Below are positions 8,519 to 17,653 of a stretch of 64,000 nt of DNA, piece by piece (within the stretch, counting starts at the first letter, position 1; the number at the start of each line of letters is the position of its first letter). The notes under the pieces were generated by a model. That model searched no databases and was not told the DNA's origin. It saw only the letters and a list, made by a program, of their open reading frames with translations. Location of the stretch: assembly GCA_030654195.1 (NCBI GenBank), contig JAURXV010000139.1, positions 5,295 to 69,294 of the forward strand, read 5' to 3'. The DNA is from Syntrophales bacterium (GTDB taxonomy: Bacteria; Desulfobacterota; Syntrophia; Syntrophales; UBA5619). Made by a program: the position numbers and the translations under genes.

Positions 8519-9790
8519 ATGAAAATCGTTATTATCGGAAATGGGATTGCCGGCAATAAAGTCGCCTTTTCTCTTCGGGAAAGGGATAAACAAAGCGACA
8601 TCTGCATTCTTTCCGCGGAGGCATATCCGGAATACGACCCCTGTTCACTGCCGTATTTTCTGGGCGGAGAGGTCGCAAGAAAAGATCTCTTTAGAAAGAA
8701 AAGCGTAGATTATCAGCAGCATGGGATCGAGCTTCTTCCCAGTAACAAGGCGGTTTCCATTGATCCCGACGCAAAAAAGGTGACGACCGGGCAGGGTGCG
8801 GAAATCGGTTATGACAAACTGGTGTTGGCCCACGGGGGAGACCTTTTCTTCCCCCCGATCGAAGGGATCCGCAGCGAGGGGGTGTTCAACTGCAAGCAGT
8901 TGTCGGAAACCGAGAAGCTCAAGGCGCACAAAGGGCGGCGGGCCGTCGTCATCGGCTCCGGCGCCATCGGGATCGAGGTGGCCGAGGCGTTGAAGAAAAT
9001 GGGATATGAGGTTTTTATCGTCGAGCTGCTCGGCTGGATTCTGCCGACGCTGTTTGATGAAACGACGGCCAGACGGTTGGAAGCGGCGCTGGATGGTTAC
9101 GGGATTCAAGTCTTTACCGGCGAAAAGGTCCTGCGGATTCAGGGGGATCCGAAGGTGACCGCGGTTCTGACCGATAGACGCGAGATTCCCTGCGATACGG
9201 TCGTGGTTGCAACAGGGGTGGTCCCCGGAACGGGGCTGGCCAAAACCGCCGGCATCGAGACGGGACGCGGCATCAAGGTCAACAAAAAGATGGAAACCAG
9301 TGTCCCGGATATCTATGCCTGCGGCGACTGTGTGGAGACATTCGATGCCTGCACCGATGAGACGGCCATGTTTCAGTTGAAACACAACGCCATCGAACAG
9401 GCCGAGATCGTTGCCAGAAATATCCTGGGAGAAAATGCCAGTTATCTCGGCGCCTATGCGTTTGCCAGGACGCATTTTTTTGCGACCCATGCCGTCACCT
9501 TCGGAAAGACCATGCGGGCGACCGAGTGCCTTTTGGGAAAATCCGAGCTGATCGAACGGGAAAACGGGAAAGATTACCTGCGTGTAGTCCTGCTGAATGG
9601 CCGGGTGATCGGGGGACAGGCCATCGGTAGATATGCCGATGCCGCGGGGTTGCTGATCGGCGCCATGTGGCGCAAGGACGATATGGACCGTCTCCGGAGC
9701 AACTGGCGCCAGCTCCCCAGCTCCGGTGCTGTTAGTTTTTGGCCCGCGATCAGCCTCGCGCAACTGCTTGACCCGAATAATCGTCTCTGA
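8519..9790 (+). CDS. FAD-dependent pyridine nucleotide-disulfide oxidoreductase family protein (AorC-like NAD(P)H:acceptor oxidoreductase)
   Basis: Two Rossmann motifs (IVIIGNGIAGNK; AVVIGSGAIGIEVAEAL) and the FAD motif IYACGDC. Confidence 0.85.
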   Translation: MKIVIIGNGIAGNKVAFSLRERDKQSDICILSAEAYPEYDPCSLPYFLGGEVARKDLFRKKSVDYQQHGIELLPSNKAVSIDPDAKKVTTGQGAEIGYDKLVLAHGGDLFFPPIEGIRSEGVFNCKQLSETEKLKAHKGRRAVVIGSGAIGIEVAEALKKMGYEVFIVELLGWILPTLFDETTARRLEAALDGYGIQVFTGEKVLRIQGDPKVTAVLTDRREIPCDTVVVATGVVPGTGLAKTAGIETGRGIKVNKKMETSVPDIYACGDCVETFDACTDETAMFQLKHNAIEQAEIVARNILGENASYLGAYAFARTHFFATHAVTFGKTMRATECLLGKSELIERENGKDYLRVVLLNGRVIGGQAIGRYADAAGLLIGAMWRKDDMDRLRSNWRQLPSSGAVSFWPAISLAQLLDPNNRL

Positions 9791-10210
9791 AAGATCACCG
9801 CCTCCAGAGGTAATTGCTCAGGCAGTCCCACCAACAGCCCCGGATGTTGCCATCTCAATAGCGCTTCCCCTTTTTATTCTGGGCAGATAAATCTCTCGAT
9901 TTTGGGTAGCGTTTGTTATCATTTTCTTGCCGATTTCTTCGATCGGCAGGTTCGATCTGCACCCGGCAGCCTCGTGGCGCACTTACTTTCTGAAATGCTG
10001 CAATCAGAGCCGATGCCTGTCCTGAATCCGTTTCAAAGGAAGAATAAATTTTATGGGTAACAATCCATGTCACCTCATGTGGCCTTTGTAAAATGTTTGG
10101 GAACTCTGTGGTTAAACGTTCAAAGGCACCGATGTAAAGGTTTTTTCAGCACACCTGACCGCTTATTGGTAACTTTTTATGCAACTGTCAGGTTTATTTA
10201 TCTTCTCCTC

Positions 10211-10483
10211 TTATCCTCCAGCAAGCATAAAGATAAGGTGAATTTCGTCGCCATCCTTGACGGGTTTAACGAGTTCATTGGGGTAGGCGGTGGCATGATT
10301 GACATAAACTTCAACGATGTTGAGCAGTTTATCTTTTTTGACAAACAGCGCTTTCTCCATTCCAGGGAACTGTTTGATAAGCTGATTCAGACATTCACCC
10401 ACGGTACTGCCCTCTACGGCTACCACCTCCAGGCCGCCGGTAAATCGTCGGTGAGTGGCATGAATATGTACCTTGACAGGCAT
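10211..10483 (-). CDS. MoaD/ThiS-family ubiquitin-like sulfur carrier (C-terminal GG)
   Basis: 90 aa ending ...DGDEIHLIFMLAGG, the classic beta-grasp carrier ending. It is the last gene of the bam transcription unit. Confidence 0.7.
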   Translation of the reverse strand: MPVKVHIHATHRRFTGGLEVVAVEGSTVGECLNQLIKQFPGMEKALFVKKDKLLNIVEVYVNHATAYPNELVKPVKDGDEIHLIFMLAGG

Positions 10484-10635
10484 GTCTTATTCCTTTCTCA
10501 CTATCAAGCTGCTGAAAAAGCCTTTTATTGTCACCGTCGTCCTCGGTCAGTTACAACAGTTGCCTGCCGTGAAGGAGGTCGTGCCGGGTTGACGGCTGCC
10601 GGCGGGGAAATCAGATCCCCGCGCCCCGTTCGAAC

Positions 10636-11247
10636 TCATCCTCGCGGCTCTGGGCCTGGGTGTGGGGGAGAATATAGCGCTTTGGTTAAAACGAAAGCTG
10701 CTTGCAGTGCCTCTGTAGGGCAAAGCGGAAAACATTCTTTGCAGTTCCAGCACTCCTTGGATGCTATCTCTGGAATGAAACTTATCTCTCGCCTTGTTCC
10801 TCTGTCAACAAATCCAACAGCGTTCTTCTTCTTGACCTCAGCACAGTATCTTACACATAGACCACAATGAATGCAAAACGAGGCCTCTTTTTCAAAACGG
10901 TCTTTGTCTGCTCCATACTCTTTAGCCAAATCCTGCAACGCGAAAGCATCCGGAGCATGAGCCAGCAACAGCTCCAGGATCATTTTGCGGATTCTATCTA
11001 TCTTCTCAGACCTGGTTCTTACTACCAAATTTTGTTCTACCGGGTAAACGCAGGAAACAACGATCTGTGTCCCTCCGCGAACTTCTACTTCTACGATGCA
11101 AATTCGGCAACCCCCATAGGGTTCCAACTTCTCGTGGTGACACAGTGTCGGAATAGATATCCCTGCACTTCGGGCTGCCTCCAAGACGGTCATCCCTTCC
11201 CTTGCTTTGACTTCTTTTCCATCTATCTGTAAAAGGATTTCTCTCAT
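10636..11247 (-). CDS. bamI: class II benzoyl-CoA reductase subunit BamI (NuoG/HndD N-terminal-type Fe-S protein)
   Basis: 2Fe-2S ferredoxin-like start (IDGKEVKAREGMTVLEAARSAGISIPTLCHH...GGCRIC) plus CIHCGLCVRYC and CWNCKECFPLCP. Its ATG overlaps the bamH stop (ATGA at 11244-11247). Confidence 0.8.
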   Translation of the reverse strand: MREILLQIDGKEVKAREGMTVLEAARSAGISIPTLCHHEKLEPYGGCRICIVEVEVRGGTQIVVSCVYPVEQNLVVRTRSEKIDRIRKMILELLLAHAPDAFALQDLAKEYGADKDRFEKEASFCIHCGLCVRYCAEVKKKNAVGFVDRGTRREISFIPEIASKECWNCKECFPLCPTEALQAAFVLTKALYSPPHPGPEPRG

Positions 11248-13172
11248 TTTTCTTTACTCTTTCTGACTATAGTTCTTGCGTCTTCAGGGATAGGAGCCGG
11301 AACAGGCTCGCCGGAAATCTTCTGCACCGCACCAAAGCGAGGGGGGCAAACTTCAAAGCAGGTTCCGCACTTTGTGCATTTCTCCTGGTCGATTACATGG
11401 ATCCGGTTTTTGCCGCCTGCAATCGCCTCCGCAGGACATTGCTTAAGGCAAATCATACAGGCCTGGCACTTATCCGGATCAATATGGTACGCGATCAGCT
11501 CCTTGCAGGACAAAGCCGGGCACCTCTTCTCCTTGATGTGCGCCTCATACTCATCTCTAAAGTATCGTAACGTGCTTAGAAGCGGGTTAGGGGCACTCTT
11601 GCCTAAAGCACAAAGGGAGGCATCGACGGCTACCTCGCCTAACTCCTCCAAAAGCTCGATGTCGCCCTCTCTTCCCTTTCCTTCGGTGATATTATTGAGA
11701 ATCTTAAGCATCTGCCTCATGCCTTCACGGCATGGGGTGCATTTGCCGCACGATTCATCGATGAGGAAGTTTAGGAAGTACCTGGCTACATCAACCATAC
11801 AGGTATCTTCATCCATTACGATCATCCCACCTGACCCCATCATTGAACCGGCCTTGGTGAGTTCATCATAACCAACTTTTAAATCCAACAGTTTCTCAGG
11901 AATGCATCCTCCGGACGGTCCCCCGGTCTGCACTGCTTTGAACCTCTTGCCTCCGGGGATTCCACCGCCTATCTTGTAGATAATATCTTTCAGGGTTATG
12001 CCCATGGATACTTCCACAAGGCCCGTATTGGTTATCTTACCTACCAATGAGAAAATCTTTGTGCCCTTGCTTCCTTCCGTTCCAAATTGAGTGAACCAGT
12101 CAGCGCCTTTATTGATGATAAGCGGCACATTAGCCCAGGTCTCAACATTATTCAAAACGGTGGGTTTGCCCCAAAGGCCCACGATGTTGGAGCGGACATA
12201 CTTCGGTCTGGGCTCTCCTGCCCTGCCTTCCAATGCCGTCATCAGAGCAGTTGATTCACCACAGACGAAAGCGCCGGCTCCCTGGTGCACTTTAACAGTG
12301 AAATCAAAGCCTGAGCCAAGGATGTTTCTCCCCAGAAAACCATACTCCTCCGCCTGTCTGATAGCGATGTTCACATTCTCTACCGCTAAGGGGTATTCCT
12401 GTCGAACGTAAACATAGCCCTCGTGGGAGCCGATAGTATAGGCCCCGATAATCAACCCCTCGAGGATTGAATGGGGGTTTCCTTCCAGGAGAGCCCTATC
12501 CATAAATGCCCCCGGGTCACCCTCGTCGGCGTTGACGATCACATATTTTATCGGGTCAGGGGCATTGCGGGATCCTTCCCACTTTCTCCCTGCGGGAAAG
12601 CCGCCTCCTCCTCTTCCTCTCAGGTTGGATTTTTTGACTTCCTCCAATACCTGCTCGGAGGTCATCCGGAAAAGAACTTTCGATAAGGCGGAATAACCAT
12701 CGATCGCCAAATAGTCCTCAATGCTCTTCGGATCAATCTTGATGTTACTGCCGAGGATGTTTCGTTCTTGATTCTTATAAAAGGGGATATCGGATTCATG
12801 GGTTGCTTTTTCGCCCGTGGTTGGGTCGGCATATAACAGACGATCGACAACCTTTTTTTCCTTGATGGTCTGTGAGACAATCTCGGGAACGTCTTCAGGC
12901 TTTACCTGGAGATAGCATATCTCTTCAGGATAAATAACTAAAACGGGTCCTCGCTCACAAAATCCGGGGCACCCGGTTCCTTTGGTATTCACCTCGGTCG
13001 TCAAGCCTTGTTTTTCAATCTCTGCTTTAAAGGCGGCTATGACTTCACCTGCACCGGAGGCAAGACAACCAGCGCCGGCGCATATTGAAATGCAGGGCTT
13101 GCTTGGGTCTCTCCGGGATAATATTTCTTGTCTGACTTTCTCTAACTCCTCAGGGGAGTTTATCCTTGGCAT
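11244..13172 (-). CDS. bamH: class II benzoyl-CoA reductase subunit BamH (NuoF/HoxF-like, FMN and NAD(P)H binding)
   Basis: Thioredoxin-like 2Fe-2S N-domain, flavin/NAD core (GRGGGGFPAGRKWE), 4Fe-4S motif CGKCTPCREG and a C-terminal 2x[4Fe-4S] ferredoxin domain (CQACMICLKQCP, CTKCGTCFEVCP). Confidence 0.9.
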   Translation of the reverse strand: MPRINSPEELEKVRQEILSRRDPSKPCISICAGAGCLASGAGEVIAAFKAEIEKQGLTTEVNTKGTGCPGFCERGPVLVIYPEEICYLQVKPEDVPEIVSQTIKEKKVVDRLLYADPTTGEKATHESDIPFYKNQERNILGSNIKIDPKSIEDYLAIDGYSALSKVLFRMTSEQVLEEVKKSNLRGRGGGGFPAGRKWEGSRNAPDPIKYVIVNADEGDPGAFMDRALLEGNPHSILEGLIIGAYTIGSHEGYVYVRQEYPLAVENVNIAIRQAEEYGFLGRNILGSGFDFTVKVHQGAGAFVCGESTALMTALEGRAGEPRPKYVRSNIVGLWGKPTVLNNVETWANVPLIINKGADWFTQFGTEGSKGTKIFSLVGKITNTGLVEVSMGITLKDIIYKIGGGIPGGKRFKAVQTGGPSGGCIPEKLLDLKVGYDELTKAGSMMGSGGMIVMDEDTCMVDVARYFLNFLIDESCGKCTPCREGMRQMLKILNNITEGKGREGDIELLEELGEVAVDASLCALGKSAPNPLLSTLRYFRDEYEAHIKEKRCPALSCKELIAYHIDPDKCQACMICLKQCPAEAIAGGKNRIHVIDQEKCTKCGTCFEVCPPRFGAVQKISGEPVPAPIPEDARTIVRKSKEK

Positions 13173-13181
13173 AATTTTCCC

Positions 13182-13634
13182 TTATTCATAGTTTTTTATC
13201 ACGTCTGCTGTCTTGGATGGCGCCATATTACCGTAAATCTTTCCATCGACATCCATCACCGGTCCTAAAGCACAGCAGCCTACGCAGTTAACGGTCTCCA
13301 GGCTGAACTTCAAATCCAGGTCCGTTTCGCCAGATTTAATCCCAAGTAGGTCCTGCACATTGTCGAGGACACGCGTCGCACCACGAACATGACAGGCGGT
13401 ACCCACACAAATATGAATTTCATGACGTCCTTTAGGAACCAAACTAAAGGCTTTATAAAAGGTGACTATATGCTGTACCCGGGTTAAAGGAACCTGTAAT
13501 TTTTCGCTGACCCTCTCTAATGCTTCCTTAGGAAGCCAATGATTTTCACTCTGAATCTCCAGTAATACTTGAATGAGTGAACTGGCTTCACTCTGATGTT
13601 TATCGATAATCTGATCGATTCTCTCGTTTTCCAT
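13182..13634 (-). CDS. bamG: class II benzoyl-CoA reductase subunit BamG (NuoE/HoxE-like [2Fe-2S])
   Basis: The NuoE pattern is present: CVGTACHVRG ... CVGCCALGP. Confidence 0.9.
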   Translation of the reverse strand: MENERIDQIIDKHQSEASSLIQVLLEIQSENHWLPKEALERVSEKLQVPLTRVQHIVTFYKAFSLVPKGRHEIHICVGTACHVRGATRVLDNVQDLLGIKSGETDLDLKFSLETVNCVGCCALGPVMDVDGKIYGNMAPSKTADVIKNYE

Positions 13635-13687
13635 AGTCGCTTTCCTAATCTACTTGTTTCCCCTAATCCACTGCCTGCTGTTTCACC

Positions 13688-14455
13688 TTAGGCGAGAGCA
13701 AAGCACTTCCGGCTTTCATCGTACCTAACCAGTCCTTGCCTTGATGAACTATTCATGTGTCTTGATACTTCAGACGGGGTTAAGCCTAAAATCTCAGAGA
13801 TTTTAACGGTCGAAAGGGGCCTTTCCCGCAAGAGTAGCATAATTTGGCTTATTGCCAATTTATCAACAATTAATTCATTAAATAACCTGTTGAATTCGTC
13901 ACTGGTGAAAAATGTATCAAACTCATCTTCCGATTTAAAAGGTATTCTCAGCCTCTCCCTTTCCACCAACCTGATGTAGGGAACCAACTGTGTAACTGCT
14001 TCAAGTTTGGCCCTCAGTGCCTTTTCGTCTATCCCTTCGGCTTTGCCGAGAGGCCCTAACTCATTCACCTTCTTGCCAATATCATCCATAACTTCGGCAA
14101 AAAGGATTCCTTCACCGCCGGACATAAATTCAATCATTAACCTTGCTGGGTTCAATCCGATGTGCTCCATTAATTTTTTACATAGATGAACCATGCTTAA
14201 TGCATGGAAATTACCATGAGTAATATAATTGCATTCATTAAGACGACAACCGATGATGAACACCCCGTCTGCCCCTTTTGAGAAAGCCCGGAGTACAAAT
14301 GACAGGTCGACTCTGCCTGTACACATGACGCGTATAAGCCTTATTTCAGTGGTATATTGCAGTCTGGAAACTCCAGCCAGGTCAGCAGCGCCGTATCCTC
14401 ACCACTGGCATACAAAACCCACGATTCTTGGTTTAAATGTAAATGCTGAACTCAT
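13688..14455 (-). CDS. bamF: class II benzoyl-CoA reductase subunit BamF (MvhD/FlpD-like), selenocysteine-containing
   Basis: Extending the 13688-14326 ORF upstream in frame gives MSSAFTFKPRIVGFVCQW-TGA-GYGAADLAGVSRLQYTTEIRLIRVMCTGRVD. That is the conserved MvhD N-terminus (CxWC.Y.GADLAG) with TGA at the second Cys position. The start is ATG 14455. Confidence 0.85.
14399..14401 (-). other. in-frame UGA read as selenocysteine (BamF residue 19)
   Basis: TGA sits between W and G in the VCQW-U-GYGAADLAG motif. The frame is continuous on both sides. Confidence 0.8.
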
Positions 14456-14505
14456 TCGTTCGAGCCTCCTTTGTAAAAAATCCCGGTTTTTTCATTCGTA
14501 TACTT

Positions 14506-17500
14506 CTAAAAATCTCCAACCGCCGCATCAATTTGGCTCAAGAGCTCTTCATCGGCAAAGTGCTTCAGGGAAATAGCCGCGGTTGGACACACTGAGTTGC
14601 AGAGACCGTCTCCTTTACAGAGGACAGGATTAACCGTAGCCTTTCTGCCCTGTGGTGTATCATAAAACTCTATAGCGCCATACGTACAAACGGTGATACA
14701 TGCCCCGCAGGAAATGCACTTATCCTCATCCACCTCACAAACAGAGCCGGAGGCGGTGACTGTGTCATGGGAAAGAAGGGTCAAAACCCGACCGGCCGCT
14801 CCATAAGCCTGGTTAATCGCTTCCGGTATATGCTTGGGATAGTGGGCTATGCCGCAGAGGTAAACGCCATCGGTACCAAACTCCACCGGTCTTAATTTGA
14901 CATGGGCTTCTTTGAACCAATCATCGGGTCCCAAAGAAACCTTGAACAACAAGGACATTTCCTTGTTTCCGGCCGAGGGAATAACGGCGGCAGCCAAAGA
15001 AAGTAAATCAGCATCGATTGCCAGCTTCTTGCCTAAAATATAATCGGTCACCGTAACCCTGAGTATGCGCCGCCCCTCTTCCTCAACAGCTTCCACCTGA
15101 GGTTTATCCTGCGGTTCATAGCGGATAAACTTGACATCCTTATTGGACGCTTCCCGGTAATAATCCTCACTAAACCCATACGTTCGCATATCCCGGAAGA
15201 GAATGGTTATATCCATCCGGGGGTTTATCTCTTTCAGTTTCAAGGCGTTCTTTACAGAGTTGCTGCAACATATCCGGGCGCAGTAATTTCTGTCCTCATT
15301 TCTGCAGCCTACGCATTGGATCATGACCAGACTCTGGGCGTTCATCACCCTTTCTTCTCCTTGGGCGATCTGCTCCTCCAACTCCAGATTGGTCATTACC
15401 CTATCATCTTTTCCATAAAGGTATTCGGTGGGTTTATATTCATCGGCACCGATGGCGATGACGGCTGCCCCATGTTTTATCTCCGTGACTCCCCGGTCCG
15501 ACTTTACTTTGGTTACGAAATTCCCCACGTAACCGGTAGCCTCCGGGATCGTGGCATCCGTATAAACATGGATGAGGGGGTGCTGGTAAATCTTGCGCAC
15601 AAGATCACGCAAATAGGCTTGAACATCCATCCCGTCCAGCGTGGAATGAATTCTTCGCGCCGTTCCCCCCAGATCGGCATCCTTTTCCACCAGGTAAACC
15701 TCATGCCCCTGCTTCGCTATGGAGAGGGCACAAGTCATGCCGGCTATACCTCCACCAACCACTAACGCCGTCTTGTTAACAGGCAGATCAAATTCCTGCA
15801 AGGGCTTCAAACGGCAAACTCGTGCTACCGACATCCGGATTATATCCTTTGCCTTTTGGGTGGCCTCTTCCTTTTCCTTAGCGTGGACCCATGAACAATG
15901 TTCTCTAATATTCGCCATGTCTAAGTAATATTGATTAATTCCCGCCTCCCGCAGGGTGTCCCGGAATAGCGGTTCAAGGGTCCTGGGGGAGCAGGCGGCA
16001 ATAACCACGCGATTGAGCCCTTTTTCCTTTGTCAGGTCTGATATTTGTTGGGCAGAATTCGTAGCACAGGAAAATAGCTGTTCCTGAGCGTAGACAACAT
16101 TGGGCAAGGTTAAGGCATATTCAACGGTGGAAGGAACGCCCACGATCCTGCCGATATTAGCCCCGCAATGGCACACAAAGACCCCTATCCTTGGCTCTTC
16201 TTGGGAGACATCCCTCTCCGGCGGATAGATCCTTTCTTTGGACAGCTCCCCTCGCCGGTAGTCGAGGAGTTCCCCACATTGGGAGCCGGCTGCGCTGGCG
16301 GTAAAAACCGACTCGGGAATATCTGTAGGACCCTGGAAGGCTCCGCTTACAAAGATCCCAGGCCTGGTGGTCTCCATAGGATTGGAAGGAATTGCTTTAC
16401 AGAATCCGTGAGCATTGAGTTCTATGCCGAACTTGTTTGCCAGGCCCTGCACATCAGCAGGTGGGTTCAATCCAACGGATAGTACCACCATATCGAATTC
16501 TTCCTCTTTTACTCCCTCGTCGGGTGTAGAATACCGTATGGTGACACTCTGGGTTTCCGGGTTCTCTTTTACTATGGATACGTAGCTTCTGAAAAATCGA
16601 ACACCGGGAAGGTTCTCTGCTCTTTCGTAGAATCGCTCAAAATCCTTGCCATAGGAACGAATATCGTTATGGAATACCGTACACTCAGCCTCTGCGTCAT
16701 GTTCTTTTGTCAAAATCACCTGTTTCTGGGTATAGGTACAGCATACGGCTGAGCAATAGCTGTTTTCACCCGGAGTAACCCGCCTGGAACCGACGCATTG
16801 AAGCCAGGCTACTTTATGGGGATGCTTCATGTCGGAAGCACGCAATATCTCGCCCTGGTATGGCCCGGTGGCGCATAACAGCCGTTCATAGTCCATACTG
16901 GTTACCACGTTTACAAATTGTCCGTATCTATATTCCTCCTTCACCTTAGGATCAAATGGCTCGAGGCCGGAAGAGAGAATTATGGCCCCAACATTTACTT
17001 CGACCTTCTCCAGCTTTTGATTGAAATCAATGGCGTTGTTCTTACATACTGCTTCGCAAATCCGACATTTCTTCTCTTTTAGGTAAAGACAGCTTTCATC
17101 TATATACGTGATTAAGGGAATTGCCTGAGCGAAATATACATGTACTGCTTTATTATCCGATATTTCCTGATTATATTGATCAGGGTATTTGACCGGGCAG
17201 TATTCTACACAGGTAGTACAACCCGTGCATTTGCTCTCTATTATATATCTTGGCTTTTTAATCAGGGTTACCTTGAAGTCTCCTGCTTCCCCTTCTACAC
17301 TGTCAACTTCAGTATAGGTCAGGACCTCTATGTTGGGATGCCGGCCCACCTGGACCAGTTTGGGTGAGAGTATTCACATGGAACAGTCATTGGTGGGAAA
17401 GGTCTTGTCCAACTGGGCCATATGGCCGCCAATGGACGGCGCTTTTTCAACCAGGTAAACCTTAAAACCCGCAGCGCCAAGATCAAGTGCGGCCTGAATA

Positions 17501-17622
17501 CCGCTGATCCCTCCACCGACAACCAGAACATCTCCAAAATTACGGTCCGCGAAACCTTTGCGAAGATTGTCGGCGAGACTTTTACGAACCTGGTCTTCAA
17601 TTTTTTCCAGTTCTTTTTCCAC
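14506..17622 (-). CDS. bamE: class II benzoyl-CoA reductase subunit BamE (double HdrA-like flavo-Fe-S protein), selenocysteine-containing
   Basis: ORFs 17374-17622 and 14506-17349 are in the same frame and separated only by a TGA: ...[41 protein letters not shown]. This is the HdrA motif DC..C(I/L)L.PK. There are two FAD Rossmann motifs ([16 protein letters not shown]) and several CxxCxxCxxxCP motifs. Confidence 0.9.
17341..17358 (-). promoter_or_regulatory. candidate bacterial SECIS stem-loop for bamE
   Basis: RNA CUGGUCC-AGGU-GGGCCGG begins 16 nt after the UGA. It forms a 7-bp stem (two G-U pairs) with a GGU-containing tetraloop, reminiscent of the fdhF SECIS apex. Confidence 0.45.
17374..17376 (-). 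other. in-frame UGA read as selenocysteine (BamE residue 83)
   Basis: It lies at the position of the conserved Cys in the HdrA motif TFPT.DCS.C-IL.PK. HdrA is a known selenoprotein in some methanogens, and bam clusters are known to encode selenoproteins. Confidence 0.85.
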
Positions 17623-17653
17623 GTTCTCTTACCTCATCGGGTTTTTCGTTTTC

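Noticed and set aside
8645-9763. Long antisense ORFs inside high-GC genes. Examples: 8645-9763, 6545-7507, 41019-42059, 42831-43943, 49207-50292, 51118-52071, 51132-52118, 54632-56251, 55968-56981, 58801-59658.
   Set aside because: Each lies fully opposite a gene with clear family motifs. Their products are Arg/Pro/Gly/His-rich and low-complexity, as expected for stop-poor frames in GC-rich DNA, and none has a recognisable domain.
9855-10073. 72-aa minus-strand ORF in the junction between the AOR cassette and the MoaD-like gene. I considered it as a toxin-antitoxin-type or mobile-element remnant.
   Set aside because: I could identify no family motif or convincing RBS, and the C-terminus is basic and low-complexity. 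It is best left unannotated until a homology search is done.
10067-10870. 267-aa plus-strand ORF spanning the MoaD-like and bamI regions.
   Set aside because: It is antisense to two minus-strand genes with clear motifs (GG-terminal MoaD fold; NuoG-type Fe-S). It has no domain signature of its own.
10636-11247. bamI as a truncated pseudogene, since it is only 203 aa while NuoG-like proteins are much longer.
   Set aside because: The ORF contains complete 2Fe-2S and two 4Fe-4S motifs, is translationally coupled to bamH (ATGA overlap) and ends cleanly. A short HndD-N-terminal-type subunit is plausible. Its length relative to Geobacter BamI should still be checked.
14229-14576. 115-aa plus-strand ORF between bamF and bamE.
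   Set aside because: It overlaps the true N-terminus of bamF on the opposite strand, which is the MvhD motif with Sec. It exists only because the UGA splits the real gene in the ORF track.
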